Origin: Acanthaster planci
Lineage: Eukaryota
Assembly (NCBI RefSeq): GCF_001949145.1
Contig: NW_019091361.1
Coordinates: 372,001-436,000, forward strand
Reading direction: 5' to 3'
DNA length: 64,000 bases
Shown: positions 48,645-61,699 of the stretch, one piece after another
How the letters are laid out: each line of letters begins with the position of its first letter
Position numbering within the stretch: the first letter of the stretch is position 1
Program-made: the position numbers and the translations under genes
The notes under the pieces: model-generated
The model's database searches: none
What the model was told of the DNA's origin: nothing
Seen by the model: only the letters and a program-made list of their open reading frames with translations

Positions 48645-51572
48645 TCAGATATTCAAATCTGGATTCAAATTTGGTTCTATGTTGAACACTCTACTGTTAC
48701 GGATTAAGAATTCGAAAAGAGGAGTTGGCAACCACCGGGCTACATTGATCAGGGTGCCCGCCAGTAGACCACATTCATAGCAGGCACTGGGCACTCGCTC
48801 CAATAAAGCCCTTGTTACGGTGCGACAAACAGGTGACACGTCCGTTGGGATAAACGATGGATTTATGACGTCAAGTGTCGCTTCAAAGTATCCTGGTGTA
48901 TAATATTGCTTGAGTTCAGCGGTAAGTTGTTCAAGGCACTTACGTTGGTACTGACGCATGCCATATCGGTTGGTCGTTAGGGCTGTGAAACATGAATAGA
49001 GACTACATTCACTAAGTTTGATAGCCGTTAAGTATCAGGTCAGGTGACCCTATTACGTCAGGTGACCCAGGTTGGGTCAAGGTGACCTAAGTTCCTACCC
49101 TAACCTTTACACCTTGGTCAAATATCGGAAAGCTGCTTAGCAAATTCATGTGCTATTATAAGTAAAAAGAAGGGCACCAGTCACTAGAGATGTAGGCACG
49201 ACTACTGGTAAGCATTTTTTAAAACTTGGTATCTAACTTTCCTCCCCATAATGAACAAAAAGTAGTTTCTTCATTCACAGATCTGTCACATTGTAAAGAC
49301 GCGATCTCCTCCATGTCTATAGCTGCATATACATGCAGCCAGTTTTTAAATCCTGAGTTGAAACTTAGCTAGTGTTTCCTCCATGACATGGTTTATGTCA
49401 TTGAATAGTGACATTCCAATTTCATCTAAAATAAAAAAAATCTCTCATTGAATTTATTCTATGTTATAAAACAGACTCGTTGCACCAGCATAAGGCGATG
49501 CGATCATCTGAAGCCTGCCTTTGCACCTATTGTGACAGAAGGTGCTACAAGGACACACACAGTTCATCACCTGTCCGGAAGCTTCCTGGGTGAATGGTAA
49601 TCACTTGGATTCCCCACTTCCTTGCTTCTAGTCGTAAGATATTGCAGAACATCTCGGTTGCTGCCTTGGATATGCCGTAGGCCCCAAACAGTGGCATGTA
49701 GAAACTACCTGTGTTATAATTACAGCGGTTATTTGTCATAATAATATCATATGCCTTAAAATAGGAAAAATCTTTGCGATTTCTGTTCCTCACAACACAT
49801 TAAACTTACACAGGACTTTTTTCCAGAGGAAGAGGTGGTCCTCTTTAACTTTAAGTTCATGTTCAAGTATGTTTTGGGGATAGAGATATGGTGGAACTAA
49901 AAATCTTAAGAACTCATTTTCAACTCGGGGGTAACTTGTGTCTTTGCGCATGAACATGATATGGAAGAGTTGCTTTGTACTGCCAAACAAGCAATGCACT
50001 ACAGCAATATATCATTATCAGTTTTGAACACTTTTACACTTCAAACAAAGTAACAGGTCACAAGCTATATAGTCAGTCGATAATATTTCCAAATAGGTCA
50101 CTTGTGAGACATTTTGTGGTAAATTTTTCAACATTATGGAGACATCGGTCATTAGGGAGACAGTCTCCCTAATGCTCCAACTACCAAAAGGAGGAAAAAT
50201 TTTATCGTCCACATTTTGAGAGATGATATAATAGTGTCTGAAAGGAAAACATGCAAAGTTTGGTTAAGATTGGATAAGGGGAATATTGAATTATGGGACG
50301 GTAAAGTTTGAAAAATTGTGTGCACGTTCCTATGGGAATGTCTCCAAAGTGACCCATTTTCAATAATTATAACACAGGCAAACATTAGATTATACTGCAT
50401 CATATGGTAAGACGTACTATTTACGCTGTTGATACTGATGACTCGACCTCTGGTCTTGCGCAATAGAGGAAGTGTTGCCTTGACAACACGGATCTGACCC
50501 AGCAGGTTCACATCCAGATGATGTTTGATTGTCTCCATGGGCGTGACCTCCAGCTCAGACCAAAGGCAGATACCTGCATTATTAACCACTCCCCATAGGC
50601 CTGCAAGGGCAGAAAAACCTAGGTTACATTTGAACGAGACACACCTCCCAAAGGGAGATTCGTCTTACCCAGCCATAGAAGTGATAAACGATAGCTGCAT
50701 CAGCCTTTTTTTCATAAGGTTAAATATCTGTCGGTTGCTCCTTATCTTTGTATCCAATTATCTGTCTCTCTGCTGTTTGATTGCACAGGTTCTTTGGACA
50801 ATATCTTATCTCCCTACCCTCATTTCCAATAGATTGTGTGATGGTTGCTATGGCAGCGTCAACATCCTCCTGTTTGGTAACATCCAATGGGATTACGCGT
50901 AGCTTTTCCGAGCATTCAGCTCTCAGCCGAGAAGCGCCTTCACCGCCTGGAAACAGACAGCCTGCAAAGACCTGAATCCCAAGAGCATCCAAATGCTTTG
51001 CAGTTGCATGGCCGAAACCACTGTCACAACCTTGAAATCGGGGGATTAAAGCAATCCAATCATTCCAACAAGCAAATAATTATTCAAGGAACAAATGGTT
51101 TGTTCGCCGGTTATAAAATACATTTTTATCTCAATAGGCCTAATTGAACTAGCGTCTTCATCTTAAAATTTGTACTCACCGATTTCGCTTTTAATTCCCG
51201 CGCAATCTGCCATTAAGCCCATGCTTCACGCTATTACGACTGAACAAGGACATTAAAACCCTTTGGTAGACAATGCCCTCTCTGAATTTTCGTAAATTGA
51301 TAAATTCCACTCTTGTCACGAAAGTTGTACATGTACAAAGTAGAATTTTCGGCAATGACATGCTCATAAAACCCTGTTGGTATGATTTTACCTGTTATGA
51401 AGACAGACTGTTTCTCAACTTGTAGGAGATTGGGCCCAACATATTTACGAAGGTATGCCACGAAAGCACTAAAACCCAGCCCGATAAGTATGTTCCTCAT
51501 TGACAGCTCCCAAGAAAAGCAAGTGATAATTAGAACTAGACAGGCTGAGAGACAAACCGTCGTAGATAGCAT
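48645..51572 (-). CDS. Short-chain dehydrogenase/reductase, SDR9C type (BDH1/RDH16/HSD17B6-like), paralog B, 5 exons, ~350 aa
   Basis: Exons 51572-51392, 51030-50818, 50600-50418, 49708-49571, 48982-48645, all phase 1 (1053 nt). Hydrophobic N-terminal anchor, VFITGCDSGFG, VFAGCL, LDVT, GLWGVVNNAGI, catalytic YGISK, IHPG. Confidence 0.93.
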
Positions 51573-51599
51573 TATGAAGCACAGAGTGGTGAGCGTTGA

Positions 51600-51608
51600 T
51601 TATATATA
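51600..51608 (-). promoter_or_regulatory. TATA-box candidate for SDR paralog B
   Basis: TATATATAA on the minus strand about 30-36 nt upstream of the ATG at 51572, which implies a very short 5' UTR. Confidence 0.35.
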
Positions 51609-54289
51609 AAGTGGCTTCTGAGCGATCGACTCGTAAGGATGACACTCTAGGACATAATGTTAAGTATTGTAATGCACAAATCTATATAGCAAACGTTATC
51701 TTTGCAAATCTGAACCATGAACATGTAAGTTTCCCAACGCTCAAAACTTGTATGGTAACAGACTATGCGAAAATTGATACAGCCTATAGCGTTAATCGAA
51801 TGACTCGACAGAGACAGTATGTTGCCTTGATTCACCTATAGGATTGATCAAAGTCCATTTCACAAATTATCGGAGAGTATTATGACAAACGCTCGTGTGC
51901 ATGTGTGGTTTGGTCAAAAGTCTCCCCCTGTTGCGCAACTCCATTAGACCGATGTTAAAGCATACTTCATACAGAGAAAAATTAATGGTTTATGCGCTTA
52001 AGGACAAAGGACGTCCATTGATTCCTCATTTAGTTGATTCGTTGTGATGCTACCATTTCCCACCGAAAGTCTAATTTATGGACCATTTATCCATTCCCCA
52101 TTCAACAAGTTCAAGGCACAAAGATAAATGAACTTAAGTTATATCCAAGACCTGAGTACTTTAAACACAGCGTGCAACAATGAGCAGTCATCTCTTTGCA
52201 AGGTTATCCTATATCTTGTTTGCTTTGTTGTCGCTGATGTTTTTGTTGCCGTACAATTCAATCGCATGATACCACTTTTTTGTAAAATAAGTTGTGGACA
52301 TAAAATACACAACTTATTTTACAAAATATCAGAATAAAAGGAATCTTGCTGATTGTAAACACCACAATAGACACTTTATTTAAGAAGGCAATACATGTAT
52401 ACTATAGCGCTAAGAAGTTGAACCGCAGATACGACCAGTTGAAAGTGGGGAGACGCACACTGAAGCATTGATATTGTGCATGATTCATGGTCAGTATTGA
52501 CAACGCTGAACGTTAACATCAAGTAAAATATATGTGATTCACATCGGAGAAGATAAAAGTCCACGTTCCAAAATTAACGTAGACATTGCAAAGGTCGGTG
52601 ATGCCACGATGGATTAATTTGAAGTGCAAACATTTACACGAGAGTCGTAACTGGGCCACTGATGAAACACACGATTAATGAGTCATGGGGGGGGGTTAGC
52701 ATATTTGCAGGGCAGTTGTTATGTTCCACAGGGAAACCTCTGTGCATACCTTGTGGAACAAAAGCACTTGCCTGCAAGATGGCAGCCATGCAAACCCTCT
52801 ATAATGTGGGCTTTTTAAGAGAACCCACTGTGTCTTGAAGCATGGAATCTTGGCACATTTTTGTCCATAGTTGGATTTTCCTCAAGGAGGCAGGCAATAA
52901 CTGGTTCCTGTATATACATTTTTTGGTCTCATTTAATCGGATTTTCAACTTTTTTTGTAGTGGTCTGGCCCCCAGCCAAACGCTCCGGGGGTGGCGGTCC
53001 GCCCACCACTGAAGGGGGGAATTAGAGGCCAGGCAAAACAGAAAACTCAGCAGGCAAAAGACTTGGGTACTTCAAACGGGCTGGATTCCTTTTATTTCAT
53101 CGTCACTAAATAATGAAAACTGCTTGGACAATTATATTTGAAAGATGCCACAATCTATGTGATTCCCAGCGGAGCCATCACCACGACCATCTACCCAGTT
53201 GTCTAGCACAGCACAGCACTCCCGAAAAAAATCCTTGGAAACCCGCCAAACTTCTTCAGTCCCGCCAAAAAGTACAACATTGCAGGCCACTTCCGGCCGA
53301 CCGGCGTGACTTTAAAAAATACAATTTAACTGGTTTTCTTTGTCGAGGAAAGCATGGAAAATTTGAAATGTTTAAAAACAAGCATGGCACTTTTCAGCCT
53401 AAGTCTTGTCTGCAAGAGTAGGGTTCCGTAGTCCTTTGTACACCCGAGGGGCTAAATGGCACCGAGGCCGCAGATATAAACAGAACTGATGACGGTCATA
53501 TCAGAGATAGTACTTCACCTTCCCTTATAGCACATCTCATAGAAATATTAATTCATAATACCAGCTTCCCTACAACCTCGTATCTAACGTCGCGGTAAAA
53601 GATACAATACATGGAAACGTCACTTTGACCAGCGCGCTCGAAAGATCAAGGTGATGGATTCGCTAGTCACCCCAGCACCCAAGGGCGCTGCAAGGGTGTG
53701 TGAACTTGCACTGTAATTGGCTACATTGTGCATGACCAGCGACCGCTAGGTTATCACTTCCTTCTAGCGAAGCGCTATTTAAATACTTCGGTTTGCCAAT
53801 GGCAATTTTTCGACAAAGTGTTGGCTATATCATAAAAAACATGGCCTTGGTACAATCACAGTGTGGTAAGAGGAAGTAAAAGAAAAAAAATATTGAACTG
53901 ATAACCGCCGCTTATGTAACGCATTGAGCGAGCTCGCGCGCCTGGCAGAAATTTACCCACAATGCTCTGCGTGTCGTTAGCTGTGACCCCATGTGACGTA
54001 TTTCCTCCACTAAAATCTGTGCAAGGCCATCCGAGCGAGGGAAGGGAATGAATCCTTGAACTTTTCCCTATTCCTATTACATAGGGACCGGCAGCTAGCT
54101 GCAATTTAAGGTATACGATTAGCTCTGTCAATTTAGATACTGGAATATTTAAGTTTTTGTCAGGCCAGTACAAACACTTTCACGTGAATTACGTCTAGCG
54201 CTATAGCGGAGGAGTTGTTGTTGTTTTGTTTTAATGGCGCTTTCAGAAACTCAGGTTATTTGCACCAATTATTGTAGTTTATTCATACA

Positions 54290-54480
54290 CTTTATTAATC
54301 AGCATCACATTACAGAGTTAGGAAAAATGGCCAGTTTTAGAGGCAGGAGGAAACCGGCGTACCCGGAGAAAACCTCCGAGATCGAGTAACCAAATGCACT
54401 TAAAGCCTGGGCCAGGCTGGAACTCGAACCCGGGCCTCAATGGTGCAAAGCAAGAAAAGAGCTGCTATGCTAACCCGCTC
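54290..54480 (-). mobile_element. tRNA-derived SINE
   Basis: Contains ggaggaaaccggcgtacccggagaaaacc, a conserved central motif of widespread invertebrate and fish SINEs, and a B-box-like gggttcgagttcc on the minus strand near 54418-54431. Confidence 0.7.
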
Positions 54481-55543
54481 CCCTTGTGGAGAAGCGAATA
54501 AAATACAAGTACCTACCCTTTCTAAGCCTCTGTTGATCGCAGTGTGGTAATTTCCTTTTAAATGATTATCATCGATAAATCATTTTACTGCATTTTATTT
54601 CAAATCAGTGGTTAATCAGTGTTAAATTTTAGAAAAATGAACAATTTATGGCGAAATTAGTTTCGTTAACAAAGAAGAAAAAGCAAAATATTCTATAAGC
54701 TCATGCTTGATATGTGCATTGAGCGGGCTTCGTTCCCTCAGTTTACATAAAACTGGCAGGATTCTGCCGGATTCATTAGCCGCTACCGGTCCTTACTTTC
54801 GGAGGACGTCTGTAAGACGTCTGGAGACTACGAATTGGACGGGAACCAGTTTAATGGATCTTGTGGGTACAGGGTATAGGTACGTAACTCGCAAACCATG
54901 GCGGACATCGCTTAAGAAATTCCTTACTGATGTATTTGCGTATTTGAGGCATATCATTTGATCAATGTACGACCAACAAAAATTCACAGTTTATTACCAT
55001 GGTATAACAAAAAGAAACGTCATGTAGCTCTCTCACGTTTTATAGGAGTAGGGTTCCGGACCATGTTATTGTTAGCATTAGAATCAAAAATAAAATGAGC
55101 CGTATAATATATTTGAGATATAATTTTGAGACAAGGGCCGTATAATAATAGCCATATTAAACTACAGTAAACAGTTAATTGATAGATACAGGTGGTTAAC
55201 ACTTTCCACATCCCCAAAAGGGAATATTTGTGGGTGTGACAAAAACAAAACTTGCTGATATAGAAATCCATTGAATAAACAATGTTAATATATAATTAAG
55301 GCTCAATAATTGTTATGATTGATATTACATCAATGCACATGCATTTGTGGTACACTCGTGATTTTCAGTGCAGTAACGACCCCCCCCCAAAAAAAGCATA
55401 ATCGCACCCGGGCTTTTACAGGCTTTTCCTTAGGTTGGCAGACTGAAATTAATTGCCGAATAAGTAATGAGTTAATTGGGTATTTTGCAATTTGTGAGGA
55501 ACACTGATGTGATTATGAGAACCATCTCTGTTCAAGGTACCGA

Positions 55544-58500
55544 TTACCGGTAGCGTAAAAAGGCCAAAGACCTAGAGTTTACTGTCATCTTTGATCGTAT
55601 GCGGATTAAGACCTTCAGTTCCTTGTTAAACAATTTGCTGTTGCGAACAAAGAATTCGAAGAGCGGAGTTGGCAAAAACTGAGCCGAACGGACCATCACA
55701 CCTGCAAACGGACCACACCTATAGCAGGTACTGGGCGCCCTCTCCAATAACGCTGTTGTCACTGTGCGACAAACAGGTGACAGATCCGTGGGAAGAGTTG
55801 AGGCGCCATTATTATCGAGCATTGCCTGGAAGTATTCCGGTGTGTAATACTGCTTAAGGTCAGCGCTAAGTTGATCGTTGCACTTCTGTAGATATTGACG
55901 CATGCTGTTTAGGTTGGTCACGAGGCCTGTTGAAACATCACATTGTAGAAAAGTTGAAATAGGGATTATAAATATCAATATAACGCGGGTTGAATCCGCG
56001 GGCACACCATGCGAATTGGGTTTATCTCGGCTCGTTTATGTGGGCCTGCCGCAGAATACAATGAGCTTTTCTTCCTTCAAGTAAACTTGCGTTTTCCATC
56101 GTCTTCATTCAAGACCGCCAGTCAGTGGTGTGTCACGAGTAAAAAAACAAGAAATTAAACAACAAAGATTTGCGTCTTCCAATATTGTAAGACACTGACA
56201 AAATTTGGAGCAATTAGCCAGCTACAAGACAGAAAAATTAAATGGAATGCACATGCAAAGAAACAAATCCAGTGACGGATGACAAACAGCAACATTAATT
56301 ATACGAATAGATCATGCAGACATCAATACGAAATTGGAGAGCAACCAAGTGGAAACAACCATTAGGAAGTTAGGCTCGAGATTGCACCAGGAGAGTCACC
56401 CTCCTGAAGACGAACTGAGAATGCTGTTCGGAACGTCGCGTGTGTTCACCATCGGATCTTCTCAGAACCACGCACTCATAGAAGAGATATTTTCTTGTAC
56501 ATGGTGCAACCGCAAACCTAACCTAAGTTAGTACTTCCACCATGCATAGCTTCAAGTCTTATCCAATCATTAGAAATAATCAACAATATGCTGCTATTTC
56601 TCACCAGTTCGGAAGCCTCCTGGATGAATGGTTATCACTTGGATTCCCCACTTCCTTGATTCAAGTCGTAACACATTGCTAAACATTTCGGCGGCCGCCT
56701 TGGATATGCCGTAGGCCCCAAACAGCGTCATGTAGAAATAACCTGTTTGTCAGGGAGGTTGCTGTTACCATCACACCCTTCCAAGATCACGCACAAATTC
56801 CTCCAAAATCATGTTTACAAGTTCAGTTCTCCGAACACATTATGGCACATTAGGTTCACTTATACACTATTAATAGCCATTTTATTTGCAAAGTCTTTTT
56901 ACAGAGCACTAAAACTCCCGCTTAGGTTTGAAACTAATAGCAAAAACGATTTAATGGGATATTCTGAAGAAAAAAATGACCAAAGACAGAAAAGCTGAGA
57001 GAAAGTGATCAAAATCGCACCCTTGTACGTTTTCAATGGCCCGCTCACACTTCTTACCGCCAAGGCCATTTGTGCGCAGGCGTGCATAATTATGAATTTA
57101 TTGGTGGAAAGGTCTATTGCTTGGGTTTGACGTAGTTGGTCAAGTTCTTATAAATGTGACTTTCGTACGTGCAGATAATTCAGACCAAACAGTTTCAAGG
57201 ATTTCTTTCCTTTTGCGTGTTCTGATCAGCGATTCCAGCATTGTACTGAGGAAAGCTCAACAGTATAATACTCATTTTGATCCCCTTGCAACCTTGATGA
57301 CTTTTGTCTGGATCAATAAGCAACATGTACTATGTGACTGATGACTTCACGCTTTGTTTATAGGTGCACTTTCCTATGGGGGCCCACAGTCCACTGAACT
57401 CATAAGGAGAGTGCACAAGTAAACAAAATGTGGCGTCATGGTTTCACGTACTATTTGTACTGTTGATACTGATGACTCGACCTCTGGACTTGCGCAATAG
57501 TGGAAGCGTTGCCTTGACAATACGGATCTGACCGAGCAGGTTCACATCCAGATGTTGTTGGATTGTCTCCATGGGCGTGACCTCCAGCCTAGACCAGAGG
57601 CAGATACCTGCGTTATTAACCACTCCCCAAAGACCTGCACTGGGGAAGAAACATAATGTTATCAACATGTTGCTGCATTATATTATACATGTGAACGTCA
57701 CTCACTCATAAACTTCTTCAAAGGAAGATTTATCGGGCATACATTTCAACCAGGCGCTTGCTAGCCGTAAAATTGAAAATTATTTCATTTCCTGTATTGG
57801 TAAGCCCATTGGCTGTTTTCATGCGCCTGCAGTGGTCTATCCGGTTATATCTTCGCCTTTGTCTGCAGTTCTCTGTCTTTCTGCTGCTAAGCTGTAGAGT
57901 GTCTACCTACCCTCATCTCCAGTGGATTTTGTGATGGTTGCTATGGCTGCGTCAACATCCTCCTGCTCAGTAACGTCCAATGGGATAACACATAATTTAT
58001 CCGAGCATTCAGCTCTCAGCCGAGAAGCGCCCTCACCGCCTGGAAACAGACAGCCTGCAAAGACCTGAATCCCAAGAGCATCCAAATGCTTTGCAGTCGC
58101 ATTTCCGAAACCACTGTCACAACCTTAATCGAAAAAGAAAGAACTTCAAACTCGTTAACAAAATCGTTGACGAAATCGCTTGGTTGCCTGCATAAAATAA
58201 GTCACCATATAGCCACTGTTTCTTGTGGTCAATCGTGATCAAATCTGGTGTCTTCTTATAGCTCTGCACTCGTTTATCTCTTCTTTCGATTCTCCCAAAC
58301 AGTACAGGGGTGTAGCCATGGGGGAGGGCCTGGGGCAAAAGCTTCCCCCCCAAAAAATAGACCACCACAAGCTGCCCCCATAAGATTCTGGTGCCCCCTT
58401 GTGCCCCCATTAGTAAAATCATAGCTAAGCCACTGAAACAGCAGCTATATAGCCAGGCAGGCAGCCAACTCCCCTTTGCGCCCACAAATGCAAACCGGTG

Positions 58501-59158
58501 TCTGAGTGTGCTTCTCTTGCAGGGGCAAACCTACTTCTTGTCAGAAAATTTTTCTTTATTAAAGGCGAGTCCTTCGTGTAGGGGGTCGCCAGTTGAGGCA
58601 CGCCGCCCCACAAAAAGTCTTGAACAAGTTGCTGTTCTTGCATTCTCATACAGTTTAAGAATAAGTTAGAAACTCCACGTAAATGCGCACACTATTTTAC
58701 TAGTAAATGAATCAGCGACTGATTGGGAATTCGAACACCCCCTCCCACTACTTGGCCCTTGGAACTGCAGTCGATAAAACATCCCACTTGTCATTCTCTA
58801 TCCAGTGCATAATTTACGCTTGCTTTTAATGTTTGCATTAATTTGTAATGATGGTGAATTAACCTATCGTTGACACACTATATCTCTAATTCTAGAGCTG
58901 CCGACCTAAGGAAAGTGTAGTATTATTTCAATGACAGAACTGCTTAGTTTTTTACTGATCACTTTTACCTGTAATGAAGACGGACTTTCCTCTCGGTGGA
59001 AGACGTTCAGGCCACGCGCACCTGTGAAGATACAGAACCGCGATAATAAGTACAGCAAGCCCTGTCAGCAAGCTCCACATCGCTAGGTTCCATGCAAACC
59101 CAGCGAAACTAAGAAAAGCGAAACAGGCTAAGAGAAAGACTTTGGTGGAGACCATCAT
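55544..59158 (-). CDS. Short-chain dehydrogenase/reductase, SDR9C type, paralog A, 5 exons, ~368 aa
   Basis: Exons 59158-58969, 58123-57911, 57634-57452, 56742-56605, 55926-55544 (1107 nt). Internal exon lengths (213/183/138) and motifs match paralog B (TGCDSGFG, NNAG, YGISK). Confidence 0.93.
58305..58435. mobile_element. 131-bp hAT-type MITE in intron 1 of SDR paralog A
   Basis: TIRs caggggtgtagc / gctaagccactg, 8-bp TSD aaacagta / aaacagca (7/8). Confidence 0.75.
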
Positions 59159-60170
59159 TTTGTGAAAAACTCTCTATTGGCGAGAGAAGCGCACTAGAAA
59201 TTGAGAAGTGTGGGTTGACAAAATGTGTGTTGCGCAGAGTACACTTCCGTGTGAATAGTTTTCGTTCAAACCTAGTCAACGCAGGAGGTCAAATTGCATC
59301 AAACCATGCATGCATGCGAACACACAACACACTGGAAAGACATCACTGTCGCGACGGGAGCCGACGCGTCGGCTGCCCCTCGGTTGGGCCCGAGAAGCTT
59401 TGAACCGTGGCACACTATTGTGTAGAAACGCCTCGCTCAGAGTTTCATTTCATTTATTACTATAGCTGACTGTTGCTTTAGACTAGCATTAATTTCCTGG
59501 TAAGTACATGTACGTGTATAGTTACGTAAAACGGAATGTGGAACAACCGGCGTAGATGCAGAAAGGTGGAGAAGCAGGCTATTGAAGCAGATTATGTAGA
59601 AGTTCACAATACTGAAGCTGATTGTACCATGGAGGAAGGACCTCCATGATTGTACTGAGGTTTACCACATACGGAAGTTGGAAGTTTGAAGTTAGGTTTC
59701 GCTGAAAATAATTAACAAAATATGCAACTTTATAAATGTGCAATATATAATAAAGGAATTGAAAAAAACCACTAATTTTAGACAGGCTTATTATTAAATG
59801 GTACTCAAGAGCTAACATTGATGGTTAATACAATACACAATGTCCGCTACAATTACCTCTCATGACAACTAAACCGTTATGGACAAACAGCAAATACAAA
59901 GACAGTTGTAAATGCAGGACTACCCCCGAAGGAGCACCAAAAGTGAATCTAATCACTGTCAAATGCTATCCTGGTCACGGTGGTACTACAAACATACAAA
60001 ACATAAAACCGTGGAGCTATTAAAAAATAGCTCCCTGATAAATAATAGACAAAAGTACTGAGATAAAACCCAGCTAAAGTAGTACTTGTATTAGGCCCTA
60101 TGTGTTAAAAATAATTCAGACAAAATAAATAGAAGACTGTACGGACGAAACTAGTATAAAGAATTACTGT

Positions 60171-60745
60171 ACACACCCAGTTATGAAATTGTATTCAGAT
60201 ATGGCGCAGTCACAGGAAAATCGATTTCAAATAAGACAAATCCCTTTTAATAGCTCAATGGACAAATTTATTGGTAAAAAAAATTGTGACCTGTTTATAC
60301 AAGAGTTGAGACCATGGAGGATACTCGCAGTGGTTTCAAAAGGTATATAGGACATTCCAGAGACGGGAGAATCCAACAACAGTAATTGTTGAAAGGCATT
60401 TATATACTATATAAATACCAAAAAAAAAATAAATAAAAAGATTAATCCAGCTAAATATGACATGTATGAATTTAAAATGATTCACACAAAATTAATAAAA
60501 GATTGTACAGACAAGACTGATATAAAATATTGCTCTAAACACCCAATTGTGAAATTGCATTCAGATATGGAACAGTCACAGGAAAATTGATTGCAGATGA
60601 GACAAATATATTGCTTAAGAAATTGTGATCTGAGATTGTTTAAACAAGAGATGGGTCCATGGAGGATACTGTCCGTGGTGTCAGGAGGTCGGGCATTCCA
60701 GATACGAGGGAAATCCAACAAAGAGTGATTGGTAAAACGGCATTT
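60171..60745 (-). repeat. Two diverged direct copies (~60171-60402 and ~60538-60745) of a probable CR1/L2 LINE 3' end
   Basis: Shared blocks tgaaattg.attcagatatgg..cagtcacaggaaaat, ccatggaggatact and cattccaga.acg...aatccaacaa. Minus-strand translation FPRIWNARP...CLICNQFSCDC resembles CR1/L2 ORF2 tails. Confidence 0.6.
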
Positions 60746-61699
60746 GTACTACAAACATAAACAAAATTCTAAAACTTTCTAAAAATTCTTTTTGTGCTCA
60801 CTTCTTTCACGTGTTTCATCCAAGACATTTCCAGGTGACGTCCGCCTGTCCCATGTCAGTGTTAGTATGGCAAAATAAAAAGGGCTATTCTCCATAATTG
60901 TTCAGTTCATAAACTTCATGCCCAGTCAGTTCGATTGTTGTTTTTTTTGGGGGGGGGGAATCAGGAATGTCTCAGGGCAAAAGTCCAAAGTTAATTCCAT
61001 CTCCCCAGTGAAAATCCATCTTTGATATAACTATTTGATACTCGTCTGAAAATAAATTCTGTTTTTTAAGTAAATGCTTTGGAATTTTCCTTGCTAAATT
61101 TCATTTGTTGGGATATGTAATCACTTTATAACACCTGTTATAACATTTCATGGGAAAATTAGTGTTGTCCGTAACTCTTGTGGAACACTTCCCCTAATAC
61201 TCTTGATGATACAAGGGACGTCACAATAGGCCTTCCACACCTTACTTGTCACAGAGATTTGTCGAATCGAGTGGAGCTGTGATCCTGATCCGTGGCTCGA
61301 GAGTCGGAAAATAATGTGAACATTCGTGTATGAGAAGTAGTTGACAACCTCCTTCAAAACCCTACTTTCCATGAATTAGTTGCAACTAATGTTATACCCA
61401 CTACGCCTACTACTGTCGCTGCCAGTGTTACGGCGCGTCATGCCTGACACTGGCAGCAGTGCCCATTGGCCGACTGTCAACAACGTGGTCAAGCACAATC
61501 GGCATGACCATAGCAGCAACCGGCAACGTTATATGTGGCCTCACCATGATGAGGGGCGTTCTCAATTGTTCCGTATCGTCCTAACATTCCGGAACAGTAG
61601 AGAAAGATCCGCATCACTTCAGAGCAATTGAAAAAGCTCTGCATCTTGGTTAGGAGCGACGTCCGCTAACCAGTCGGTAGGTTGCGCTTCGTCTTATAC

